A DNA stretch of 64,000 nucleotides from Eledone cirrhosa (taxonomy: Eukaryota). The stretch lies in the NCBI GenBank assembly GCA_964016885.1, contig OZ024742.1, positions 166,532,001 through 166,596,000 of the forward strand, given 5' to 3'. A program made the translations under genes and the position numbers. How positions within the stretch are numbered: position 1 is the first letter of the stretch; each line of letters starts with the position of its first letter. Under the pieces are notes generated by a model. That model saw only the letters and a program-made list of their open reading frames with translations, ran no database searches and was not told the DNA's origin. This document shows positions 1 through 11,300 of this stretch, in pieces.

Positions 1-653
1 AGATAATTTCCAGCCGTCCAAGGGGAGATAATTTCCATCCTTCCAAGGGGAGATAATTTCCAGCCGTCCAAGGGGAGATAATTTCCCGCCAACCAAGGGA
101 AGATAATTTTTAAAAAAATCAGGCGGAGATTGTAAAAAAAATCAGGGGGAGATAATTTGTAAAAAAATCAGGGGGAGATAATTTGTAAAAAAAAAATCAG
201 GGGGAGATAATTTGTAAAAAAAATCAGGGGGAGATAATTTGTAAAAAAAAATCAAGGGGAGATAATTTGTACAAAAAATCAGGGGTATATAATTTGTAAA
301 AAAAAATCAGGGGGAGATAATTTGTAAAAAAAAATCAGGGGGAGATAATTTGTAAAAAAAATCAAGGGGAGATAATTTGCAGCCGTCCAAGGGGAGATAA
401 TTTTCAGCCGTCCAAGGAGAGGTAATTTCTAGCCGTCCAAGGTGAGATAATATCCAGCCGTCCAAGGGGAGATAATTTCCAGCCGTCCAAGGGGAGATAA
501 TTTAAAAAAAAAAACAGGCGAAGATAATTTGTAAAAAAAAAATCAGGGGGAGATAATTTGTAAAAAAAAATCAGGGGGAGATAATTTGTAAAAAAAATCA
601 GGGGGAGGTAATTTGTAAAAAAAATCAAGGGGAGATAATTTCCAGCCGTCCAA

Positions 654-757
654 GGGAAGATAATTTCCAGCCCTCCAAGGGGCTATAATTTCCAGCGTCC
701 AAGGGGAGATAATTTCCAGCCAGCGAAGGGGAGATAATTTTTTTTTTTTAAAATCAG
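654..757 (+). repeat. Cassette W2 (representative): GGGAAGA..CCCTCC / 24-bp GGGGCTATAATTTCCAG(C/T)GTCC / CCAGCCAGCGAA / TnAn junction
   Basis: The same ordered variants occur at ~654, 1962, 3223, 4934, 8302, 10034, 13169, 16423, 17234, 18246, 19399, 21703, 21881 and further sites. Confidence 0.9.
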
Positions 758-1252
758 GGGGACATAATTTGTAAAAAAAATCAGGGGGAGATAATTTGTA
801 AAAAAAATCAAGGGGAGATAATTTGTAAAAAAAAATCAGGGGGAGATAATTTGTAAAAAAAAATCAGGGGGAGATAATTTGTAAAAAAAATTAAGGGGAG
901 ATAATTTGTAAAAAAAAATCAAGGGGAGATAATTTCCAGCCGTCCAAGGAGAGGTAATTTCTAGACGTCCAAGGGGAGATAATTTCCAGCCGTCCAAGGG
1001 GAGATAATTTCCAGCCGTCCAAGGGTAGATAATATCCAGCCGTCCAAGGAGACATATTTTCCAGCTTTCCAAGGAGAGGTAATTTCTAGCCGTCCAAGGG
1101 GAGATAAATTCCAGCCTCCAAGGGGAGATAATTTCCAGCCAGCCAAGAGGAGATAATTTGTAAAAAAAATCAGGGGGAGATAATTTGTAAAAAAAATCAG
1201 GGGGAGATAATTTGTAAAAAAAATCAGGGGGAGATAATTTCCAGCCGTCCAA

Positions 1253-1340
1253 GGGGAGATAATTTTCAGCCGTCCAAGGGGAGATAATTTCCCGCCAGCC
1301 AAGGGAAGATAATATTTAAAAAATGAGGCGGAGATAATTT
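1253..1340 (+). repeat. Cassette W3 (representative): ..TTTTCAGCC / TTCCCGCCAGCCAA / GGGAAGATAATATTTAAAAAAT(C/G)AGGCGGAGA, an A-to-B junction
   Basis: Recurs at ~1253, 2256, 2904, 4188, 6383, 7983, 9266, 11256, 11552, 12712 and further sites. Confidence 0.9.
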
Positions 1341-3199
1341 GTAAAAAAAATCAGGGGGAGATAATTTGTAAAAAAATCAGGGGGAGATAATTTGTAAAAA
1401 AAAAATCAGGGGGAGATAATTTGTAAAAAAAATCAGGGGGAGATAATTTGTAAAAAAAAATCAGGGGTAGATAATTTGTAAAAAAAAATCAGGGGGAGAT
1501 AATTTGTAAAAAAAATCAGGGGGAGATAATTTATAAAAAAAATCAAGGGGAGATAATTTCCAGCCGTCCAAGGGGAGATAATTTTCAGCCGTCCAAGGGG
1601 AGATAATTTCCAGCCGTCCAAGGGGAGATAATTTCCATCCTTCCAAGGGGAGATAATTTCCAGCCGTCCAAGGGGAGATAATTTCCCGCCAACCAAGGGA
1701 AGATAATTTTTTAAAAAATCAGGCGGAGATTGTAAAAAAAATCAGGGGGAGATAATTTGTAAAAAAATCAGGGGGAGATAATTTGTAAAAAAAAATCAGG
1801 GGGAGATAATTTGTAAAAAAAATCAGGGGGAGATAATTTGTAAAAAAAAATCAAGGGGAGATAATTTGTAAAAAAAAATCAGGGGGAGATAATTTGTAAA
1901 AAAAATCAGGGGGAGGTAATTTGTAAAAAAAATCAAGGGGAGATAATTTCCAGCCGTCCAAGGGAAGATAATTTCCAGCCCTCCAAGGGGCTATAATTTC
2001 CAGCGTCCAAGGGGAGATAATTTCCAGCCAGCGAAGGGGAGATAATTTTTTTTTTTTTAAATCAGGGGGACATAATTTGTAAAAAAAATCAGGGGGAGAT
2101 AATTTGTAAAAAAAATCAAGGGGAGATAATTTGTAAAAAAAAATCAGGGGGAGATAATTTGTAAAAAAAAATCAGGGGGAGATAATTTGTAAAAAAAATC
2201 AAGGGGAGATAATTTGTAAAAAAAAATCAAGGGGAGATAATTTCCAGCCGTCCAAGGGGAGATAATTTTCAGCCGTCCAAGGGGAGATAATTTCCCGCCA
2301 GCCAATGAAAGATAATATTTAAAAAAATCAGGCGGAGATAATTTGTAAAAAAAATCAGGGGGAGATAATTTGTAAAAAAATCAGGGGGAGATAATTTGTA
2401 AAAAAAAAATCAGGGGGAGATAATTTGTAAAAAAAATCAGGGGGAGATAATTTGTAAAAAAAAATCAGGGGGAGATAATTTGTAAAAAAAATCAGGGGGA
2501 GATAATTTGTAAAAAAAATCAATTGGAGATAATTTCCAGCCGTCCAAGGGGAGATAATTTTCAGCCGTCCAAGGAGAGGTAATTTCTAGACGTCCAAGAG
2601 GAGATAATTTCCAGCCGTCCAAGGGGAGATAATTTCCAGCCGTCCAAGGGTAGATAATATCCAGCCGTCCAAGGAGACATATTTTCCAGCTTTCCAAGGA
2701 GAGGTAATTTCTAGCCGTCCAAGGGGAGATAAATTCCAGCCTCCAAGGGGAGATAATTTCCAGCCAGCCAAGGGGAGATAATTTGTAAAAAAATCAGGGG
2801 GAGATAATTTGTAAAAAAAATCAGGGGGAGATAATTTGTAAAAAAAATCAGGGGGAGATAATTTGTAAAAAACATCAAGGGGAGATAATTTCCAGCCGTC
2901 CAAGGGGAGATAATTTTCAGCCGTCCAAGGGGAGATAATTTCCCGCCAGCCAAGGGAAGATAATATTTAAAAAATGAGGCGGAGATAATTTGTAAAAAAA
3001 ATCAGGGGGAGATAATTTGTAAAAAAATCAGGGGGAGATAATTTGTAAAAAAAAAATCAGGGGGAGATAATTTGTAAAAAAAATCAGGGGGAGATAATTT
3101 GTAAAAAAAAATCAGGGGTAGATAATTTGTAAAAAAAAATCAGGGGGAGATAATTTGTAAAAAAAATCAGGGGGAGATAATTTGTAAAAAAAATCAAGG

Positions 3200-3750
3200 G
3201 GAGATAATTTCCAGCCGTCCAAGGGAAGATAATTTCAAGCCCTCCAAGGGGCTATAATTTCCAGTGTCCAAGGGGAGATAATTTCCAGCCAGCGAAGGGG
3301 AGATAATTTTTTTTAAAAATCAGGGGGAGATTTGTAAAAAAAATCAGGGGGAGATAATTTGTAAAAAAAATCAAAGGGAGATAATTTCCAGCCGTCCAAA
3401 GAGAGATAATTTCTAGCCGTCCAAGGGGAGATAATTTCGAGCCAAGGGGAGATAATTTCCAGCCGTCCAAGGGGAGATAATTTTTTAAAAAATCAGGTGC
3501 AGATAATTTGTAAAAAAAATCAGGGGGAGATAATTTGTAAAAACAAAATCAAGGGCAGATAATTTCCAGCTGTCCAAGGGGAGATAATTTCCAGCCGTGC
3601 AAGGGGAGATAATTTCCAGCCGTCCAAGGGGAGATAATTTCCATCCTTCCAAGGGGAGATAATTTCCAGCCGTCCAAGGGGAGATAATTTCCCGCCAGCC
3701 AAAGGAAGATAATTTTTTAAAAAATCAGGCGGAGATTGTAAAAAAAATCA
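3200..3750 (+). repeat. Super-cassette (representative, ~550 bp): W2, then CAAAGGGAG/AAAGAGAG/21-bp monomer, then AGGTGGAG, then AAAAACAAAATCAAGGGCAG..GCTGTCC..CCGTGC..CCATCCTTCC..CCCGCC, then AGGCGGAGATTGT
   Basis: The marker AAAAACAAAATCAAGGGCAG occurs at ~3540, 8618, 13487, 17552, 18564, 20765, 23172, 27147, 30990, 31738, 35581, 39080, 47087, 52165, 57060, 61125 and 62137, with the same flanks. Confidence 0.88.
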
Positions 3751-4643
3751 GGGGGAGATAATTTGTAAAAAAATCAGGTGGAGATAATTTGTAAAAAAAT
3801 CAAGGGGAGATAATTTCCAGCTGTCCAAGGGGAGGTAATATCTAGCCGTCCAAGGGGAGATAATTTCCAGCCGTCCAAGGGGAGATAATTTCCAGCCGTC
3901 CAAGGGTAGATAATATCCAGCCGTCCAAGGAGACATATTTTCCAGCCCTCCAAGGAGAGGTAATTTCTAGCCGTCCAAGTGGAGATAAATTCCAGCCTCC
4001 AAGGGGAGATAATTTCCAGCCAGCCAAGGGGAGATAATTTGTAAAAAAATCAGGGGGAGATAATTTGTAAAAAAAATCAGGGGGAGATAATTTGTAAAAA
4101 AAAATCAGGGGGAGATAATTTGTAAAAAAAATCAGGGGGAGATAATTTGTAAAAAAAATCAAGGGGAGATAATTTCCAGCCGTCCAAGGGGAGATAATTT
4201 TCAGCCGTCCAAGGGGAGATAATTTCCCGCCAGCCAAGGGAAGATAATATTTAAAAAATGAGGCGGAGATAATTTGTAAAAAAAATCAGGGGGAGATAAT
4301 TTGTAAAAAAATCAGGGGGAGATAATTTGTAAAAAAAAATCAGGGGGAGATAATTTGTAAAAAAAAATCAGGGGGAGATAATTTGTAAAAAAAATTAGGG
4401 GGAGATAATTTGTAAAAAAAAATCAGGGGTAGATAATTTGTAAAAAAAAATCAGGGGGAGATAATTTGTAAAAAAAATCAGGGGGAGATAATTTGTAAAA
4501 AAAATCAAGGGGAGATAATTTCCAGCCGTCCAAGGAGAGATAATTTAAAAAAAAAATCAGGCGGAGATAATTTGTAAAAAAAAATCAGGGGGAGATAATT
4601 TGTAAAAAAAAATCAGGGGGAGATAATTTGTAAAAAAAATCAA

Positions 4644-4768
4644 GGGGAGATAATTTCCAGCCGTCCAAGGGGAGATAATTTTCAGCCGTCCAAGGGGAGA
4701 TAATTTCCAGCCGTCCAAGGGGAGATAATTTCCAGCCGTCCAAGGGGAGATAATTTCCAGCCGTCCAA
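4644..4768 (+). repeat. Type A monomer block (representative); consensus GGGGAGATAATTTCCAGCCGTCCAA, 25 bp, GC-rich tail with one CpG and a CCAAGG (StyI) site at A-A junctions
   Basis: Five consecutive near-consensus 25-bp copies here. The same monomer occurs throughout the window. Confidence 0.97.
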
Positions 4769-5110
4769 GGGGAGATAATTTTTTTTTAAAAATCAGGCGG
4801 AGATAATTTGTAAAAAAAAAATCAGGGGGAGATAATTTGTAAAAAAAAATCAGGGGGAGATAATTTGTAAAAAAAAATCAGGGGGAGATAATTTGTAAAA
4901 AAAATCAAGGGGAGATAATTTCCAGCCGTCCAAGGGAAGATAATTTCCAGCCCTCCAAGGGGCTATAATTTCCAGCGTCCAAGGGGAGATAATTTCCAGC
5001 CAGCGAAGGGGAGATAATTGTTTTAAAAAAATCATTGGGAGATTTGTAAAAAAAATCAGGGGGAGATAATTAATAAAAAAAATCAAGGGGAGATAATTCC
5101 AGCCGTCCAA

Positions 5111-5309
5111 GGGGAGGTAATATCTAGCCGTCCAAGGGGAGATAATTTCCAGCCGTCCAAGGGGAGATAATTTCCAGCCGTCCAAGGGTAGATAATATCC
5201 AGCCGTCCAAGGAGACATATTTTCCAGCCGTCCAAGGAGAGGTAATTTCTAGCCGTCCAAGGGGAGATAAATTCCAGCCTCCAAGGGGAGATAATTTCCA
5301 GCCAGCCAA
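5111..5309 (+). repeat. Cassette W1 (representative): fixed 8-monomer type A series ending ...GGGTAGATAATATCC / GGAGACATATTTTCC / GGAGAGGTAATTTCT / 24-bp GATAAATTCCAGCCTCC / CCAGCCAGCCAA
   Basis: I counted the marker ATAAATTCCAGCCTCC about 50 times by eye (e.g. ~1105, 2730, 3985, 5268, 5762, 6203, 7835, 9063), each preceded by the same ordered variants. Confidence 0.92.
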
Positions 5310-8300
5310 GGGGAGATAATTTGTAAAAAAATCAGGGGGAGATAATTTGTAAAAAAAGTCAGGGGTAGATAATTTGGAAAAAAAAATCAGGGGGAGATAA
5401 TTTGTAAAAAAAAATCAGGGGGAGATAATTTGTAAAAAAAATCAAGGGGAGATAATTTCCAGCCGTCCAAGGAGAGATAATTTTAAAAAAAAAATCAGGC
5501 GGTGATAATTTGTAAAAAAAAATCAGGGGGAGATAATTTGTAAAAAAAATCAGGGGGAGATAATTAGTAAAAAAAATCAAGGGGAGATAATTTCCAGCCG
5601 TCCAAGGGGAGGTAATATCTAGCCGTCCAAGGGGAGATAATTTCCAGCCGTCCAAGGGGAGATAATTTCCAGCCGTCCAAGGGTAGATAATATCCAGCCG
5701 TCCAAGTAGACATATTTTCCAGCCGTCCAAGGAGAGGTAATTTCTAGCCGTCCAAGGGGAGATAAATTCCAGCCTCCAAGGGGAGATAATTTCTAGCCAG
5801 CCAAGGGGAGATAATTTGTAAAAAAATCAGGGGGAGATAATTTGTAAAAAAAATCAGGGGGAGATAATTTGTAAAAAAAAATCAGGGGGAGATAATTTGT
5901 AAAAAAAAATCAGGGGGAGATAATTTGTAAAAAAAAATCAGGGGGAGATAATTTTTAAAAAAAAATCAGGGGGAGATAATTTGTAAAAAAAATCAAGGGG
6001 AGATAATTTCCAGCCGTCCAAGGGGAGATAATTTCCAGCCGTCCAAGGGGAGGTAATATCTAGCCGTCCAAGGGGAGATAATTTCCAGCCGTCCAAGAGG
6101 AGATAATTTCCAGCCGTCCAAGGGTAGATAATATCCAGCCGTCCAAGGAGACATATTTTCCAGCCGTCCAAGGAGAGGTAATTTCTAGCCGTCGAAGGGG
6201 AGATAAATTCCAGCCTCCAAGGGGAGATAATTTGTAAAAAAAATCAGGGGGAGATAATTTGTAAAAAAAATCAGGGGGAGATAATTTGTAAAAAAAAATC
6301 AGGGGGAGATAATTTGTAAAAAAAATCAGGGGGAGATAATTTGTAAAAACAAATCAAGGGGAGATAATTTCCAGCCGTCCAAGGGGAGATAATTTTCAGC
6401 CGCCCAAGGGGAGATAATTTCCCGCCAGCCAAGGGAAGATAATATTTAAAAAATCAGGCGGAGATAATTTGTAAAAAAAATCAGGGGGAGATAATTTGTA
6501 AAAAAATCAGGGGGAGATAATTTGTAAAAAAAAAATCAGGGGGAGATAATTTGTAAAAAAAATCCGGGGGAGATGATTTGTAAAAAAAATCAGGGGTAGA
6601 TAATTTGTAAAAAAAAATCAGGGGGAGATAATTTGTAAAAAAAAATCAGGGGGCGATAATTTGTAAGAAAAATCAAGAGGAGATAATTTCCAGCCGTCCA
6701 AGGGGAGATAATTTTCAGCCGTCCAAGGGGAGATAATTTCCAGCCGTCCAAGGGGAGATAATTTCCATCCTTCCAAGGGGAGATAATTTCCAGCCGTCCA
6801 AGGGGAGATAATTTCCCGCCAACCAAGGGAAGATAATTTTTAAAAAAATCAGGCGGAGATTTTAAAAAAAATCAGGGGGAGATAATTTGTAAAAAAATCA
6901 GGGGGAGATAATTTGTAAAAAAAAAATCAGGGGGAGATAATTTGTAAAAAAAATCAGGGGGAGATAATTTGTAAAAAAAAATCAAGGGGAGATAATTTGT
7001 ACAAAAAATCAGGGGTATATAATTTGTAAAAAAAAATCAGGGGGAGATAATTTGTAAAAAAAAATCAGGGGGAGATAATTTGTAAAAAAAATCAAGGGGA
7101 GATAATTTGCAGCCGTCCAAGGGGAGATAATTTTCAGCCGTCCAAGGAGAGGTAATTTCTAGCCGTCCAAGGTGAGATAATATCCAGCCGTCCAAGGGGA
7201 GATAATTTCCAGCCGTCCAAGGGGAGATAATTTAAAAAAAAAAACAGGCGAAGATAATTTGTAAAAAAAAAATCAGGGGGAGATAATTTGTAAAAAAAAA
7301 TCAGGGGGAGATAATTTGTAAAAAAAATCAGGGGGAGGTAATTTGTAAAAAAATTCAAGGGGAGATAATTTCCAGCCGTCCAAGGGAAGATAATTTCCAG
7401 CCCTCCAAGGGGCTATAATTTCCAGCGTCCAAGGGGAGATAATTTCCAGCCAGCGAAGGGGAGATAATTTTTTTTTTTTTAAATCAGGGGGACATAATTT
7501 GTAAAAAAAATCAGGGGGAGATAATTTGTAAAAAAAATCAAGGGGAGATAATTTGTAAAAAAAAATCAGGGGGAGATAATTTGTAAAAAAAAATCAGGGG
7601 GAGATAATTTGTAAAAAAAATTAAGGGGAGATAATTTGTAAAAAAAAATCAAGGGGAGATAATTTCCAGCCGTCCAAGGAGAGGTAATTTCTAGACGTCC
7701 AAGGGGAGATAATTTCCAGCCGTCCAAGGGGAGATAATTTCCAGCCGTCCAAGGGTAGATAATATCCAGCCGTCCAAGGAGACATATTTTCCAGCTTTCC
7801 AAGGAGAGGTAATTTCTAGCCGTCCAAGGGGAGATAAATTCCAGCCTCCAAGGGGAGATAATTTCCAGCCAGCCAAGAGGAGATAATTTGTAAAAAAAAT
7901 CAGGGGGAGATAATTTGTAAAAAAAATCAGGGGGAGATAATTTGTAAAAAAAATCAGGGGGAGATAATTTCCAGCCGTCCAAGGGGAGATAATTTTCAGC
8001 CGTCCAAGGGGAGATAATTTCCCGCCAGCCAAGGGAAGATAATATTTAAAAAATGAGGCGGAGATAATTTGTAAAAAAAATCAGGGGGAGATAATTTGTA
8101 AAAAAATCAGGGGGAGATAATTTGTAAAAAAAAAATCAGGGGGAGATAATTTGTAAAAAAAATCAGGGGGAGATAATTTGTAAAAAAAAATCAGGGGTAG
8201 ATAATTTGTAAAAAAAAATCAGGGGGAGATAATTTGTAAAAAAAATCAGGGGGAGATAATTTATAAAAAAAATCAAGGGGAGATAATTTCCAGCCGTCCA

Positions 8301-11300
8301 AGGGAAGATAATTTCAAGCCCTCCAAGGGGCTATAATTTCCAGTGTCCAAGGGGAGATAATTTCCAGCCAGCGAAGGGGAGATAATTTTTTTTTAAAAAT
8401 CAGGGGGAGATTTGTAAAAAAAATCAGGGGGAGATAATTTGTAAAAAAAATCAAAGGGAGATAATTTCCAGCCGTCCAAAGAGATAATTTCTAGCCGTCC
8501 AAGGGGAGATAATTTCGAGCCAAGGGGAGATAATTTCCAGCCGTCCAAGGGGAGATAATTTTTTAAAAAATCAGGTGGAGATAATTTGTAAAAAAAATCA
8601 GGGGGAGATAATTTGTAAAAACAAAATCAAGGGCAGATAATTTCCAGCTGTCCAAGGGGAGATAATTTCCAGCCGTGCAAGGGGAGATAATTTCCAGCCG
8701 TCCAAGGGGAGATAATTTCCATCCTTCCAAGGGGAGATAATTTCCAGCCGTCCAAGGGGAGATAATTTCCCGCCAGCCAAGGGAAGATAATTTTTTAAAA
8801 AATCAGGCGGAGATTGTAAAAAAAATCAGGGGGAGATAATTTGTAAAAAAATCAGGGGGAGATAATTTGTAAAAAAATCAAGGGGAGATAATTTCCAGCT
8901 GTCCAAGGGGAGGTAATATCTAGCCGTCCAAGGGGAGATAATTTCCAGCCGTCCAAGGGGAGATAATTTCCAGCCGTCCAAGGGTAGATAATATCCAGCC
9001 GTCCAAGGAGACATATTTTCCAGCCGTCCAAAGAGAGGTAATTTCTAGCCGTCCAAGTGGAGATAAATTCCAGCCTCCAAGGGGAGATAATTTCCAGCCA
9101 GCCAAGGGGAGATAATTTGTAAAAAAATCAGGGGGAGATAATTTGTAAAAAAAATCAGGGGGAGATAATTTGTAAAAAAAAATCAGGGGGAGATAATTTG
9201 TAAAAAAAATCAGGGGGAGATAATTTGTAAAAAAAATCAAGGGGAGATAATTTCCAGCCGTCCAAGGGGAGATAATTTTCAGCCGTCCAAGGGGAGATAA
9301 TTTCCCGCCAGCCAAGGGAAGATAATATTTAAAAAATGAGGCGGAGATAATTTGTAAAAAAAAATCAGGGGTAGATAATTTGTAAAAAAAATCAGGGGGA
9401 GATAATTTGTAAAAAAAATCACGGGGAGATAATTTCCAGCCGTCCAAGGAGAGATAATTTTTAAAAAAAATCAGGCGGAGATAATTTGTAAAAAAAAAAT
9501 CAGGGGGAGATAATTTGTAAAAAAAAATCAGGGGGAGATAATTTGTAAAAAAAATCAAGGGGAGATAATTTCCAGCCGTCCAAGGGGAGATAATTTTCAG
9601 CCGTCCAAGGGGAGATAATTTCCAGCCGTCCAAGGGGAGATAATTTTAAAAAAAAATCAGGGGGAGATAATTTGTAAAAAAAAAATCAGGGGGAGATAAT
9701 TTGTAAAAAAAAATCAGGGGGAGATAATTTGTAAAAAAAATCAAGGGGAGATAATTTGCAACCGTCAAAGGGGACATAATTTTCAGTCGTCCAAGGAGAG
9801 GTAATTTCTAGCCGTACAAGGGGAGATAATTTCCAGCCCTCCAAGGGGAGATAATTTCCAGCCGTCCAAGGGGAAATAATTTTTTTTTAAAAATCAGGCG
9901 GAGATAATTTGTAAAAAAAAAATCAGGGGGAGATAATTTGTAAAAAAAAATCAGGGGGAGATAATTTGTAAAAAAAAATCAGGGGGAGATAATTTGTAAA
10001 AAAAATCAAGGGGAGATAATTTCCAGCCGTCCAAGGGAAGATAATTTCCAGCCCTCCAAGGGGCTATAATTTCCAGCGTCCAAGGGGAGATAATTTCCAG
10101 CCAGCGAAGGGGAGATAATTGTTTTAAAAAAATCATTGGGAGATTTGTAAAAAAAATCAGGGGGAGATAATTAATAAAAAAAATCAAGGGGAGATAATTT
10201 CCAGCCGTCCAAGGGGAGGTAATATCTAGCCGTCCAAGGGGAGATAATTTCCAGCCGTCCAAGGGGAGATAATTTCCAGCCGTCCAAGGGTAGATAATAT
10301 CCAGCCGTCCAAGGAGACATATTTTCCAGCCGTCCAAGGAGAGGTAATTTCTAGCCGTCCAAGGGGAGATAAATTCCAGCCTCCAAGGGGAGATAATTTC
10401 CAGCCAGCCAAGGGGAGATAATTTGTAAAAAAAATCAGGGGTAGATAATTTGTAAAAAAAAATCAGGGGGAGATAATTTGTAAAAAAAAATCAGGGGGAG
10501 ATAATTTGTAAAAAAAAATCAAGGGGAGATAATTTCCAGCCGTCCAAGGAGAGATAATTTTAAAAAAAAATCAGGCGGAGATAATTTGTAAAAAAAAATC
10601 AGGGGGAGATAATTTGTAAAAAAAAATCAGGGGGAGATAATTTGTAAAAAAAATCAAGGGGAGATAATTTCCAGCCGTCCAAGGGGAGATAATTTTTTTA
10701 AAAAAATCAGGCGGAGATAATTTGTAAAAAAAATCAGGGGGAGATAATTTGTAAAAAAAAATCAGGGGGAGATAATTTGTAAAAAAAAATCAGGGGGAGA
10801 TAATTTCCAGCCGTCCAAGGTAAGATAATTTCCAGCCCTCCAAGGGGCTATAATTTCCAGCCGTCCAAGGGTAGATAATATCCAGCCGTCCAAGTAGACA
10901 TATTTTCCAGCCGTCCAAGGAGAGGTAATTTCTAGCCGTCCAAGGGGAGATAAATTCCAGCCTCCAAGGGGAGATAATTTCCAGCCAGCCAAGGGGAGAT
11001 AATTTGTAAAAAAATCAGGTGGAGATAATTTGTAAAAAAAATCAGGGGGAGATAATTTGTAAAAAAAAATCAGGGGGAGATAATTTGTAAAAAAAATCAG
11101 GGGGAGATAATTTGTAAAAAAAAATCAGGGGGAGATAATTTGTAAAAAAATTCAAGGGGAGATAATTTCCAGCCGTCCAAGGGGAGATAATTTCCAGCCG
11201 TCCAAGGGGAGATAATTTCCATCCTTCCAAGGGGAGATAATTTCCAGCCGTCCAAGGGGAGATAATTTTCAGCCGTCCAAGGGGAGATAATTTCCCGCCA

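Noticed and set aside
21-40. NF-kB-like site (GGGGAGATAATTTCC)
   Set aside because: The spacing between the GGG and TTCC half-sites is longer than in the 10-11-bp kB consensus.
8920-9633. Longest ORF (237 aa, also at 39382 and 52467) as a repeat or LRR-like protein
   Set aside because: It is a chance stop-free path through the monomers. Its three copies reflect the segmental duplications, and the Leu/Pro periodicity follows from the DNA repeat.
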